Origin: the human T2T-CHM13v2.0 reference genome, Homo sapiens
DNA: 64,000 bases
Direction: 5' to 3' (one strand)
Assembly (NCBI RefSeq): GCF_009914755.1
Contig: NC_060947.1
How positions within the stretch are numbered: position 1 is the first letter of the stretch; the number at the start of each line of letters is the position of its first letter. The notes under the pieces are model-generated. The model ran no database searches. It was not told where the DNA came from and saw nothing but the letters and a program-made list of their open reading frames with translations. Of this stretch, positions 40,388-55,612 are shown piece after piece. The translations under genes and the position numbers were made by a program.

Positions 40388-41946
40388 TAGACCTGAATTT
40401 ATATGCTTCTCACAATATGAGATAATTATCACAATTTAATAAAAATGTTGTAATAGCATTTTCAAAGTGAATGTGAAAGTCTAGGATTTATTTAGCAATT
40501 TCCAATGTCCAGGCTGCAATTCTTGTGTTAAGGTAGATTTCTGCTAAGTGAGATAGTGTCCATCAGAGTGAGTTAGTTCCTCAGGAAAGAGTGAACATCT
40601 GACTTGCTTGGTGCAAAATGATTTTCGTTACTGTAGGCATAATGAGGATTAGAGTTGATTTTTCTAGTTCTAAAGCTGACACATAATCAGATGAACATAT
40701 CTCAAAGACTTCCATTCACTCAGTCTTTCTTTCAGTATATGTTCCTTTAGCACCTATTGTGGATTAAACACTAAACTATAGAGATGCTGGGAACACAAAG
40801 ATGAATAACATATGGTCTCTTGCCCTGAGAACCTTACCATCTAGTGGGAGATACAAACACCCAGCCAGACTTTAATATAATGTGGCGCTATTTCTGATGC
40901 CTCTGTTCTGTTCCATTGGTCTATATATCTGTTTTGGTACCAGTACCATGCTGTTTTGGTTACTGTAGCCTTGTAGTACAGTTTGAAGTCAGGTAGCATG
41001 ATGCCTCCAGCTTTGTTCTTTTGGCTTAGGATTGTCTTGGCAGTATGGTCTCTTTTTTGGTTCCATATGAAAATTAAAGTAGTTTTTTTCTAATTCTGTG
41101 AAGAAAGTCAATGGTAGCTTGATGGGAATAGCATTGAATCTATAAATTACTTTGGGCAGTATGGCCATTTTTACAATATTGATTTTTCCTATCCATGTGC
41201 ATGGAATGTTTTTCCATTTGTTTGTGTCCTCTCTTATTTCCTTGAGCAGTGGTTTGTAGTTCTCCTTGAAGAGGTCCTTCACATCTCTTGTAAGTTGTAT
41301 TCCTAGGTATTTTTTTCTCTTGTAGCAATTGTGAATGGGAGTTCACTCATGATTTGGCTCTCTGTTTTGTCTCTTATTGGTGTATAGAAATGCTTGTGAT
41401 TTTTGCACATTGATTTTTTATCCTGAGACTTGCTGAAGTTGCTTACCAGCTTAAGGAGATTTGGGGCTAAGATGATGGGGTTTTCTAAATATCCAATCCC
41501 ATCATCTGCAAACAGAGACAATTTGACTTCCTCTCTTCCTATTTGAATACCCTTTATTTCTTTCTCTTGCCTGATTGCCCTGGCCAGAACATCCAATACT
41601 ATGTTGAATAGGAGTGGTAAGAGAGGATATCCTTGTTTTGTGCTGGTTTTCAAAGGGAATGCTTCCAGCTTTTGCCCATTGAGTATGATATTGGCTGTGG
41701 ATTTGTCATAAATAGCTCTTATTATTGTGAGATACATTCTATCAATACCTAGTTCATTGAAAGTTTTTAGCATGAAGAGGAGTTGAATTCTATTGAGATA
41801 ATCATGTGGTTTTTGTCATTGGTTTTATGTGATGGATTACATTTATTGATTTGCATATGTTGAACCAGCCTTGCATCCCTGGGATGAAGCAGACTTGATC
41901 GTAGTGGATAAGCTTTTTGATATGCTGCTGGATTCGGTTTGCCAAC

Positions 41947-42247
<301 letters not shown>

Positions 42248-42388
42248 TGCCAGTATTTTATTGCAGATTTTCACATCAATGTTCATCAGTGATATTGGCC
42301 TGAAATTTTCTTGTTTTGTTGTGGCTCTGCCAGGGTTTGGTATCAGGATGATGCTGGCCACATAAAATGAGTAAGGGAGGAGTCCCTC

Positions 42389-45300
42389 TTTTTCTTTTTC
42401 TTTTTCTTTTTCTTTTTTCTTTTTTGCAGTTGCAAGATTTAATAGAGTGAAAACAGAGCTCCCATACAAAGGGAGGGGACCCAAAGGGGGTAGCCATTGC
42501 CAGCTCGAATGCCTGGGTTTATATCCCAATCATTGTCCCTCCCTCTGTGCGCTCAGGCAATAGATGATTGGCTATTTCTTAACCTCCTGTTTTTGCCTAA
42601 TTAGCATTTTAGTGAGCTCTCTTTACTACCTGATTTGTTGGGTGTGAGCTAAGTTGCAAGCCCCATGTTTAAAGGTGGATGTGGTCACCTTCCCAGCTAG
42701 CTTAGGGATTCTCAGACAGCCTAGGAAATCCAGCTAGTCCTGTCTCTCAGTACCCCCTCTCAACAGGAAAACCCAAGTGGTGTTGAGGAGGTTGGCCAAC
42801 GACTGCTCTAACTGCTTCCTGCTGAATTGGGGCATAGTAGGGGTCATGCATTTGAGATTTCTTCCGGAGGGGTGCCTTCGATCTCATTAACATCAGAGCA
42901 TGGGCTACCAGGCCAGTCCAGGGGTCGCGGTAGATCTTAGTCATGGACTGCATCTGGTGCTCCATTTGAAGAACCATTTGTAGTTTTACAGCTTTGATTC
43001 TGGAAGAGACAAACTTAACAAGGAGGTTAAAGATACAGAGATTGAAATATAGGCCTGAAGTGCTGGGGATTATTTCTTTGGCACACTTCACAGGCCCTGA
43101 CTATCTGCTTGATAGTTTTGAAAAGGCCTGGTGCAGTAAATAATGATTTGGCCATCTGATGGGTGCTATCAATGCCTAAGTGAAAGGTCTGGTGAAGGGT
43201 TTTAAGTAATTTCCATTGGTTAGCTGCAGGCAAAAGTATTTTTCCTTCTTCAGTGGCTAGCCATCCTGAGGGGAGGAAACTACATCCTCGTGAGCTTCCC
43301 CATAGTATTTTATTCTGCTGAGTACCGGGGCTTGGTTTCCCGGAGGGGATTACCCCATACCAGGGGTCCTTTTATAAGCATTTGTAATGGAGGGTCCCAC
43401 CTTGCGGCTCTTTTGGCTTCAATATCTGCTTAGCGGTTCCCTTGTATTTCTCTTTCCTTTCCTTTTTGATGACCCCGGCAGTGTAAGACTGCTACCTCTT
43501 TAGGTTTCTGTACAGCCAATAATAATCTCCTAATGGCTTCCTGATGTTTGATAGGTGTTCCCTCGGAAGTTAGGAATTCCCTTTCTCTCCATATTGCTGT
43601 GTAGGCATGGAGGACTAGATAAGCATACTTAGAGTCTGTATATACATTTACCCTTTTTTCTTCTAATTTTAGTGCCCGAGTGAGGGCTATTAATTCTGCC
43701 AGCTGAGCGCTAGTTTCTGGAGTAAGGGGATTACTTTCAAGTATTCCATTATCACTGACCACTGCACACCCCACTTTTTGAAGTCCTTTTTCTACCAAGG
43801 AACCAAAGAGCTTCCATCAGTGTACAAGTTGAGGTCGGGATCAGTCAAGGGAACCTCTAGAAGGTCCCCTCAAGCGGCGTATGTTTAAGCAATCACCTGT
43901 TGACAGTTATGTTCTATCTTTTCTTCATTGTCTGGAAGAAATGTGGCTGGGTTAAGAGTTGCACAAGTGTGCAGTTGCAGCACTGGCCCTTCAAGTAATA
44001 GAGCCTGATATTTAAGCAAACTGTTGTCTGACAGCCACAAGTCTCCTTTAGCAGTGAGTATGCTGTTTACATCATGAGAGGTCCACACAGTAAGATCTCT
44101 TTCCTGTATTATTTTAACTGCTTCAGATACTAAGACTGCTACTGCTGCCACTACCCGTAAAGAATGAGGCCAGCCCTTTGCCACTACATTAATTTCCTTA
44201 CTCAGGTATGCCACGGGTTGCAAGCTGGTCCCTCGGACCTGTGTAAGGACTCCTAGAGCTATTCCTGTTTTTTTCTGTGACATATAAAGAAAAGTCTTGC
44301 CCCGTTGGCAAGCCTAACACTGGGGCTTGGGTTAAGGCCTTCTTTAGGGCCGGGAAAGCCACTTCTGTTTCAGCTGTCCATCTTACTCAATGGGTATTGG
44401 CTTTCTGAGTTTCCTTAATTAGTGTACATAATGGCCTGGCTATTTTGCCATAACTGGGAATCCATATTCAGCAGAAGCCTGTTATGCCAAGGAAACCTTT
44501 GTTGCTTTAGGGTTTTGGGATGAGGATAAGCCAGTATAGGCTGGATACATTCCTCACTGAGGGCCCTGGTGCCTTTGGATAATTTTAGCCCTAAGTATTT
44601 AACCTGCTGTGAGCAGAGCTGAGCCTTTGGTTTGGAAACCTTGTAGCATCAGGTGGCAAGGAAATTTAAGAGCACTTGGGTGGCTTGAATGGGCGGCTTA
44701 AAGTAAATCATCAATGTACCAAAAGACAAGAGTGTCCAGGTATGAGAACTGGCTCAAGTCTTGGGCCAATGCCTGGCCAAATAGATGGGGGCTATCCCTA
44801 AACCCTTGGGGTAAAACAGTCCAGGTGAGTTGAGAGTCAGGATGTACAGGGACATGGAAAAAGGCATCCTTAAGGTCCAGGACTGTAAACCACTCTGCTT
44901 CCTTTGGTATTTGGGAAAGCAGAGTATAAGGGTTAGGTACAGCTGGGTATAGAGGGAAAACGGCCTCATTGATAATCCTGAGATCTTGCACTAACCTCCA
45001 CTGTCCTTTGGGTTTCTGTACTCCTAAAACTGGAGTATTACAGGGACTATTGCATGGTTTTACTAGGCCTTGGGCTTTTAGGTCCTTAACAATCTTTTGG
45101 AGTCCTTGTTGGGCCTCGGGTCTAAGGGGTTACTGCCTTTGGTAGGGAAAAGAGGCGGAATCCTTTAGTTTAACTTGAACAGGACGGGCATTCTTTGCTC
45201 ATCCATATTGTCCTTCTGTTACCCAGACTTCAGGATTAATGCCTTCCTCAAGCAGGGGACAACAAATGAGTGTTCCTTCTCCTATGTTCAGGTGTGTAAT

Positions 45301-45916
45301 GGCTCCTGCTTTTGCTATAATGTCTCTCCCTAACAAAGGAGTGGAGCTTTCAGGCATAATTAGAAAAGCATGTGAAAAGAGTAAAGTTCCCCAGTCACAA
45401 CTTAGTGGCTGGGAGAAGTATTTAGTGACTGGCTGTCCTAGGACCCCTCTGATAGTGACAGATCTGGAGGATAGTTGTCCAGGACAGGAGAGTAAGACTG
45501 AGAAGGCCGTGCCAGTGTCCAGGAGACAGTTAACCTCCTGGCCCTCAATGGTCAAGCATACCCAGGGCTCTGTGAGGGCGATGGCATGGGCTGGCGCTTG
45601 CCCTAGGCACCCTCAGTCCTGCTGCTGGATCATCTGTTTAGTGGCTTCTGACTCAGAGGACCTTCGTCCCCTGGGGCAGTGGGCCTTCCAGTGATTCCCT
45701 TAACATAAGGGACGTGGACAATTGGATGGCTTATTTCTATTTGGACAATCTTTTTAAAAGTGTCCTTGTAGACTGCACTGGAAGCAAGCCTTATTAAGGC
45801 ATTCAATTTGCCCAGCTTTTCTCTTTTCCAGAACGTCCAAAGTCCGCTTGCCTGAGGGCCGTGACTAAAGTGGTAGCCTTTTTTTTTTTTAATCTCCTTA
45901 GTCCTGTTCCGCCTGC
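42389..45916 (-). pseudogene. HERV-W (HERV17/LTR17) processed pseudogene, 5'-truncated in gag, with most of IN and env deleted
   Basis: Poly(A) 42389-42425 after ATTAAA (42438-42443), U5 absent; U3-R 42426-42749 (tgagagacaggactagctggatttcctagg); env tail 'FVSSRIKAVKLQMVLQME'; IN HHCC; RNase H 'VYTDSKY'; RT YIDD; protease DTG; gag zinc knuckles; long TSD. Confidence 0.95.
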
Positions 45917-45930
45917 AAAATGAGTAAGGG

Positions 45931-46175
45931 AGGAGTACAGAAACCCAACGGACAGTGGAGGTTAGTGCAAGATCTCAGGATTCTCAATGAGGCCGTTGTC
46001 CCTCTCTATACCCAGCTGTACCTAACCCTTATACTCTGCTTTCCCAAATACCAGAGGAAGCAGAGTGGTTTACAGTCCTGGACCTTAAGGATGCCTTTTT
46101 CCATGTCCCTGTACATCCTGACTCTCAACTCACCTGGACTGTTTTACCCTAAGGGTTCAGGGATAGACCCCATCT
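45931..46175 (+). repeat. Inverted copy of HERV-W pol segment 44783-45025
   Basis: 7 substitutions plus one 2-bp indel over 243 bp by manual alignment; shares the same internal RT deletion. Confidence 0.95.
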
Positions 46176-48832
46176 TTTTCTATTGTTTGTAATAGTTTCA
46201 GAAGGAATGGTAGGAGTTCCTCTTTGTGCCTCTGGTAGAATTCAGCTGAGAATCCAACTGCTCCTGGGCTTTTTCTGGTTGGTAGGCTATTAATTACTGC
46301 CTCAATTTCAGAACTTGTTATTGGTCTATTCAGGGATTCAACTTCTTCCTGGTTTTGTCTTGGGAGGGTGTATGTGTCCAGGAATTTATCTATTTCTTCT
46401 AGATTTATCTATTTCTTCTAGATTTTCTAGTTTATTTGTGTAGAAGTGTTTATAGTATTCTCTGATGGTTTGTATTTCTGTGGGATCAGTGATGATCTCC
46501 TCTTTATCATGCTGTATTTTGTCTAGTTGATTCTTTTCTCTTTTTTTCTTTATTATTCTGGCTAGTGGTCTTTCTATGTGGCAAGTAAATGTGATAATAG
46601 AGAAATGTACAGAAAGCTATGAGAACTCAGAGGAGGAATATTTAACATAACCTGTAGAGATCAGAAAATGTTTCTTGAAGGAGATAATATCTGAACACAA
46701 TTATGAAGCCTGAATATTTTTTTCTAAATCTATATATGAGTATCTTAAAGATATGTACTCACAAAAACGATGACAAAGGCTAAAATAACAAATAATGTAT
46801 TATATAACAAAGTAAAAGCAATTCATTGTTGCTAGACTATAAAGTGCAAAACAGCACGTGGTAAGTAATGAATACTGAGCAGTGATCTGGAGGTAACTCA
46901 TTAAAAACTATATGTGATATCCTGTAGTTTAGACATATAGGAACTCACTGGATAACTGAAGAATGACATAATTAAACTTCTTTATTATTTTTATTTTCAT
47001 TTATGTTTTCTGTCTTTCATAGGATATTAGTTTGAATTTTATTTTATTTTTTATTTTTATTTTTTAATAATTTCAACTTCTGTTTTTGATTCAGTGGTTA
47101 TATGTGCAGGTATGTTACATGGGTATGTGTGATGCTGAGTTTTGGGGTACAATTGATTCCATCACTGAGATAGTGAGCATAGTACTTGGTAGTTTTTCAA
47201 TCCTTGTCCCCTCACTCCCTTCCCCATCTACTAGTCTCCAGTGTCTAGGGTTGCCATCTTTATTTCCATATATAACCAATATTTGGCTCCCATTTATAGG
47301 TAAGAATGTGTGGTATTTGGTTTTCTGTTTCTGCATTAATTCACTTAGGATAATGGCCTACAGCTGCACCCATGTTCCAGCAAATGATGAGATTTCATTC
47401 TTTCTGTGGCTGCATAGTCTTCTCTAGTGGATATGTATTACATTTTCTTTATCTGATCAGCCATTGATGGGCACCTAGGTTGAGACCATGTTTTGCTATT
47501 TTGCATAGTGCTACAATGAACATATGAGTGCACGTGGCTTTTTGGTAGAGCAATTTATTTTCTTTTGGACATATTCCCAGTAATGGGAAGGGTAGGTTGA
47601 GTAGTAGTTCTGTTTTAAGTTATTTGAGAAATCCCCAAACTGCTTTCCACAGTGACCCAACTAATTTACATTCCCACCAACAGTGCATAAGCATTCTCTT
47701 TTCTCTGCAACCTTGCCAGTATCTGTTGTTTTTTGACTTTTTAATAATAGCCATTCTGACTGGTGTGAGATGTTATCTCGTTGTGGTTTTGATGTGCATT
47801 TGTCTGATAATTAGTGATGTTGAGCTTTTTTTCTGTTTGTTGAATGCATGTGTGTCTTCTTTTGAGAAGTGTCTGTTCATGTTCTTTGCCCAATTTTTAA
47901 TGAGTTTATTTGTATTTTGCTTTTTGATTTGTTTAAATTCCTTATAGATTCTGGATATTAGACCTTTGTCAGATTCACAGTTTATGAATATTTTGTCCCA
48001 CTCTGTAGTTTGTCTGTTTGCTGAAAATTTCTTTTTGCTGTGCAGAAGTTCTTTAGTTCAATTAGCTCCCACTTGTCAATTTTTATTTTTATTGCAATAG
48101 CTTTTAGGGATTTATTTATAAATTCCTTCCCAAGGCTGGAATCAAGAATGGTGTTTTGTAGGATTTCTGCTAGGAATCTTACAATTTGAAGTCTTATATT
48201 GGAATCTTTAATCCACATTGAGTTAATTTTTATATATGATGAAAGGTAGAGGTCTTCATTCTTCTGCCGATGACTATCCAGTTATCACAGCACCACTTAT
48301 TAAATAGGAAATCTTTTCTCCATTGCTTGTTATTTTCATCTTTGTCAAAGATCAGATGGTTGTAAGTGTGAAGCTTTATTACTTGGCTCTCTATTCAGTT
48401 CTACTGGTATATGTATCTGTTTTTTGTAACAGTACCATGCTGTTTTGGCTAAGGTAGACTTGTAGTAGTTTTAAGTTGGGCAATGTGATGCCTCCAGCTC
48501 TTTTTTTTTAAGATTGCTTTGGCTATTTGGGGGCTTTTATAGTTCCACGTGAATTTTAGAATAGTTTTTTTCTCATTTTATGAAAAATGACATTGGGAGT
48601 TTTATAGGAATACTATTAAATCTGTAGAATCTTTTGGGAAATGTGGCCATATTAGCAATATTGATTCCTCTAATGCATGAACATGGAATGTTTCAACTTT
48701 GTTTGTTTCATCTGTGATTTCTCTCAGCAGAGTTTTGTAATTCTCTGTATAGAGATTTTTCACTTCCTCGATTAGATGTATTTCCAGGTATTTTGCTTTT
48801 TGTGTGGCTATTGTAAATGAGATTGCATTCTT

Positions 48833-49152
48833 TTTTTTTATTATTATACTTTAAGTTTTAGGGTACATGTGCACAATGTGCAGGTTTGTTACATATGTAT
48901 ACATGTGCCATGCTGGTGTGCTGAACCCATTAACTCGTCATTTAGCATTAGGTATATCTCCTAATGCTATCCCTCCCCACTCCCCCCACCCCACAACAGT
49001 CCCCAGAGTGTGATGTTCCCCTTCCTGTGTCCATGTGTTCTCATTGTTCAATTCACGTCTGTGAGTGAGAACATGCGGTGTTTGGTTTTTTGTCCTTGTG
49101 ATAGTTTACTGAGAATGATGATTTCCAATTTCATCCATGTCCCTACAAAGGA
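48833..49152 (-). mobile_element. Young L1PA 3' fragment (~320 bp)
   Basis: Near-consensus L1PA3-like 3'UTR; TSD cattctt at 48826-48832 and 49153-49159. Confidence 0.92.
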
Positions 49153-49212
49153 CATTCTTAATTTGGCTCTCAACTTGAACGTTATTGGTGTATAGAAATG
49201 CTACTGATCTTT

Positions 49213-49490
<278 letters not shown>

Positions 49491-51764
49491 TTACTGAAGT
49501 CTTATATCAGTTCCAAGAGCCTTTTCACGGTGTGTTTAGTGTTTTCTAGGTATAGAATCATATGGTCAGCAGAGGAAGGTAGTTTGATGTCTTCTCTTCT
49601 TATTTGAATGCGCTTCATTTCTTACTCTTGCCTGATTGCTCTGGCAAAGGCTTCCAGTACTATATTGAATAGGAGTGGTAAGGATGGGCATTCTTATTAT
49701 ACTCCAATTTTCAAGGCGAATACTTCTAGCTTGTGCCAACTCAGTGTAACATTGGCTGTGGGTTTATCATAGATGGCTCTTATTATTATGTGATATGTTT
49801 CTTCAATGCCTAGACTGTTGATGGTATTTATTATTAAGTAACGTTGGATTTTATTGAAAACTTTTGCCACATCTATTGAGATGATCATGCAGTTATTGTT
49901 TTTAATTGTCTTTAGGTGGTGAATTCCATTTATTAATTTGTATATGTTGAACTAACTTTGCATTCCAGGAATGAATCTCATGTGATCGTGTTGAACTAAC
50001 CTTTTGATGTACTACTAGAATTGGTTTGCTAATATTTTGTTGAGGATTCTCGTGTCCATTTTCATCAGGGATATTGCCCTGCAGTTTTCTTTTGAAGTTG
50101 TGTCTCTGCCAGGTATTATCAGGGTGATTCTGGCTTTGTAGAATAAGGTAGCAAAGATTATCTCCTCCTAAATTTTTGGGAATAATTTCAGAAGAATTGG
50201 TACCAGCTCTTCTTCGCACACAAAAAATTACACTGTGAATCCATCTGGTCTGGGGCTTTTTTCAGTTGGAAGATTTATTTTTAATACTGACTCAAAGTTT
50301 AAACTTGATATTAGTCTGTTCAGCACTTCAATTTTTTGCTGATTCAATCTTGAGAGATTGTGTGTTTCTAGGAATGTATCCATTTCCTCTAGATTATCTA
50401 GTTTGTGTCTGTAGAGGTGTACATAACAGTCTGAGGTTTGTTTGCATTACTGTGAGGACATTTGTAATGTCACCTTTGTCTTTTCTGATTGCACTTATTT
50501 GGATTTTTTTTTTTCTCCTTGTAAATTGAGCTAGCAGTCTATTCATCTTGTTTATTTTTTCAAAAAAAAACTATCTTTTGGTTTTGTTGATTCTTTGTAT
50601 GGCTATTTGGATCTCAATTTCACTGAGTTCTGCTCTGATTTTAGTTATTTCTTTTCTTCTGCTACATTTGGGGCTATTTTTTCTTCTTGTTCTAGCTTCT
50701 ATAGGTGTGATGTTATTGTTATTTTGAGATCTTTCCAACATTTGAAGTAAGCATTTAGTGCTATAAACTTTCCTTTTAACATGGCTTTTGCTGTATCCCA
50801 GAGATTTTGGTATGTTGTCTCTATTTTCATTTATTTCGAAGATTTCATTTAAGCAGAAATCATTCAGGAGCAGGTTATTTAAATTTCATGCATTTTTTTT
50901 TGTTTTGAGAGATCTCATTGTTGATTTCTATTTTCATTCCACTGTGATCCAAGATTATGGTTGGTATGATTTCAATTATTTTGAATTGATTGAGACTTGC
51001 TATATGGCTAAGCATGCTGTTGACCTTAGAGTGTGTTCATGTTCAGATAAAAAGAATGCATATTCTGTGGTTGGTGGGTGGAGTATTCTGTAGACATCTA
51101 TTAGTCCCAATTGGTCAAATGTCAAATTTAATTCCATAATTTCTTTGTTAGTTTTCTGCCTCAATGATCTGTCTAATGCTGTCAATGGAATATTAAAGTC
51201 TCCCACTATTATTGTGTGGCTATCTCAGTCTTTTGTAGGTCTAGAAGTACTTGTTTTGTGAATCTGGTTTCTTCAGTGTTGGGTGTTTGTATATTTACAA
51301 TATTTAAGTCTTCTCATTCAACTGAACTATTTATTATTACATAATGCAAGTTTGTCCTTTTTTACTGTTGTTGGTTTAAGTCTGTTTTATCTAATATAAG
51401 AATAGTGACCCCTGCTCTTTTTTGTGCTCCATTTGTGTGATATATTATTCTTTATCCCTTTAATTTGAGCCTATGTATGTCATTACATGTGAGATGAGTC
51501 CCTAGAAGATGCAGATGGATGAATCTTATTTTTATCTAACTTGCAGCTCTTTGCCTTTTGTTGCGTTTAGACTATTTTCATTTAAGGTTAATATTTATAT
51601 GTGAGGCTTAGATCCTATTGTGAAGTTATTTTCTGTTTATTTTGTAGTTTCTATAGTGTGGCTGCTTTATATGGTCTGTGGGCTATATACTTAAGTGTGT
51701 TTTGTGTTGGCAGGTATCATTTTTTTCTTTCTATGTTTAGAGGTCCCTTAAGTATCTCTCTTTT

Positions 51765-52469
51765 TTTATTATTATACTTTAAGTTCTAGGGTACATGTGT
51801 ACAACGTGCAGGTTTGTTACTTATGTATACATGTGCCATGTTGGTGTGCTGTACCCATTAACTCATCATTTACATTAGGTATATCTCCTAATGCTATCCC
51901 TCCCCTCCTCCCCCAACCCCACGACAGGCCCCAGTGTGTGATGTTCCCCACCCTGTGTCCAAGTGTTCTCATTTTTCAATTCCCACCTATGAGTGAGAAC
52001 ATGTGGTGTTTGATGTTCTGTCCTTGGTGATAGTTTGCTCAGAATGATGGTTTCCAGCTTCATCCATGTCCTACAAAGGACATGCACTCATCATTTTTTA
52101 TGGCTGCATAGTATTCCATGGTGTATATGTGCCACATTTTCTTAATCCAGTCTATCGCTGATGGACATTTGGGTTAGTTCCAAGTCTTTGCTATTGTGAA
52201 TAGTGCCACAATAAACATACGTGTGCATGTGTCTTTATAGCAGCATGATTTATAATCCTTTGGGTATATACCCAGTAATGGGATGGCTGGGTCAAATGTC
52301 ATTTCTAGTTCTAGATCATACCATCTCACACCAGTTATAATGGTGATCATTAAAATGTCAGGAAACAACAGGTGCTGGAGAGGATGTGGAGAAATAGGAA
52401 CACTTTTACACTGGTGGTGGGACTGTAAACTAACTAGTTCAACCATTGTCGAAGAAAGTGTGGAAATTC
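51765..52469 (-). mobile_element. Young L1PA 3' fragment with a 5' inversion (body to 52317 minus; 52318-52472 plus)
   Basis: Twin-priming geometry; 9-bp TSD ctctctttt at 51756-51764 and 52470-52478. Confidence 0.88.
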
Positions 52470-52474
52470 CTCTC

Positions 52475-53449
<975 letters not shown>

Positions 53450-54869
53450 TCACCCATGATACTAAGTTTGCTGGGCTATGAAAATCTTGGTTGGCAATAA
53501 TTTTCTATAAGAATGCTGATAATAGGCCTTCAATTTCTTTTGGCTCTTAATCTTTCTGCAGAGAAGTCTGCTGGTAGACTTTTGGGGTTTCCTTGGTATG
53601 TGATCTGATATTCTTTCTATCTGCCTTTATGATTTTTTTTCTCTAGCCTTGACTTTCAACAGTCTGGTGACTATATGCCTTGGTGTTATTTGTTTTAAAT
53701 AGTATCTTGCAACTGTTCTCTGGATTTCTTGTATCTGGATGTTTAGGTCTCCAGCAAGATTAGGGAAATTTTATTGAACTATTCCCTCAACTATGTTTTC
53801 TGGTTTCTTATATTTTCTACTTCTTTCTCAGTAATGCCAGCAACTCATAGGTTTGATTGCTATATATAATTCCATTTTTGAAGACTTTGCTCATTTTTAA
53901 AAATTATTTTTTCTTTATTTTTTTCTGACTGGGTTCATTAGAAAGATTGGTCTTTTTCTTCCTGGTCTCTAGTCTGCTAACAAAGCTTTTAATTTTATTT
54001 TAAAATTTATTAAATAAATTTTTAAATTTCAGGATCTTTTATTGATATTTTAAAGATTTTATCTCTTCCTTCAATTCCTGGATTACTTTAGAAGTTTATT
54101 TGTGTTGATTTTCATCCTTGTCTTGTATATCATTAAGCTTCTTTGCAATCCATGCTTTGAGTCCTTTATCTGTCATTCCTGAATTTCCATTTTGGTTATC
54201 AACCATTGCTGGATAGCCAGAATGAGCCTTTGGTGGTGTTACTACATTCAGATTTTATAGCACCAGAATTTTTATACTGGTTTCTTCTCATCTGGAGACA
54301 CTGAAGGTTCTAATTTTTGTAATTATTTTTGTGTGAGTAGGATTTTTTCCTTTTTTTTTCTTTCCCTATAGTATTATGGTTTTATTTTTCTTTCTCTTTC
54401 AGTTTCATCCTTTGCCTTTGGGGTGTTACTATAGTGAATGTTAGGTAGGGTCTTTTGTCTTTGCTTCTAAAGCCCTATGCACTTCTATTGGCAGGTTTTA
54501 TATTGGGCTTCATGATTTGACCTTAAAGCCGGTAGATGGCACTTATGGATAAGCACAAACTGCTACCAATCCAGCTTGGTATATACTTGATCCTTGTTTA
54601 CCGGGAGAAGCTCTCTGTTGCCCCAGGCAATGAGCTGATCTATGGAGTGCACAGTAATGTGAGCTTCTCGTTCAGCCCCAAGAGGGAGGGGTTAGATGGC
54701 TGGGGCTTGACTGGGCAAGTCCACCTACAGTTCTTCCATAGCAGACACAAAACCAGTGCTTATAGAGAATCCAGTGGGCATCAAACAAATACCTAGAATT
54801 GTATCTAGGTGTCGAGCAGGGAAGCCTTTTTCTTCCATTCTCAACATAGGTAGAGGGGTGGCCTATACT

Positions 54870-55612
54870 CCTAATCTGGGAGATTGGGTGCTCCAGGTGC
54901 CTGGACATCTACTTGGGCAAGGATTGAAGAGGGCTACTCTGCACCATGATATATTCCCAGGAAGGATGGGGCAGCTCAGGCTGCTAAACCTGGTCAGGTG
55001 CTACAAATGTCTGGAGATCTGCCTGGGCATGGAACAGAGAGGGCCCAGCTGCACGAGGACCTCTGCACAGGAGTGATGGGGTGACTTAAGCTACTAATCC
55101 ATAAGAGTGGGTGCTCCCAATGCCTGGAATCTTCCTGGATATGGACCAGAGAGGACCCCACTTCACCACAATCTATACACAGGAAAGGTGGCATGGCTTA
55201 AGCTGCTGATCTGGATGAGTGGGTGCTCTGATTTCCTGGAGATCCACCTGAGCATAGAGCAGAGAGGGCCCCACTGTACCATGGTCTCTGCACAGGGAGG
55301 GTGGGTGACAGAGCCTGTTGAACCAAGCAAGTGGGTGTTCTAAATGCCTGAAGATCTGCCTTGGTGTGAAGCAGAGAGGGCCTCATTGCACAATGATCTG
55401 TGCTCAGGAAGGATGGGGTGTCTCAGGCTGCTGAACCATGCAATCAGGTGGTCTTAATGCTTAGAGATCTGCCTGGGCATGAAGTAGAGAGGGCCCTACT
55501 GTACCATGGTCTATGTGCAGGAAGAATAGTGTATCTCAGGGTGTTAATCCTGGCAAGGGGATTCTCTGACTACCTGAACATTGAGTGACGAGGGCCCTGC
55601 TGCACCACAGTA
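54870..55612. repeat. ~112-bp diverged tandem array (about 7 units) in the L1 5'UTR
   Basis: 'gagagggcc..ctgcaccat' recurs near 54929, 55037, 55149, 55262, 55374, 55487 and 55588. Confidence 0.85.

Noticed and set aside
42747-43091. Syncytin-1 (ERVW-1) or a functional env
   Set aside because: Only the cytoplasmic tail remains, it has the LQMV segment, and the element is a processed copy.
43430-45555. Functional HERV-W pro-pol
   Set aside because: It is broken into short frames with a stop just after YIDDLL, an RT deletion and loss of the integrase core.
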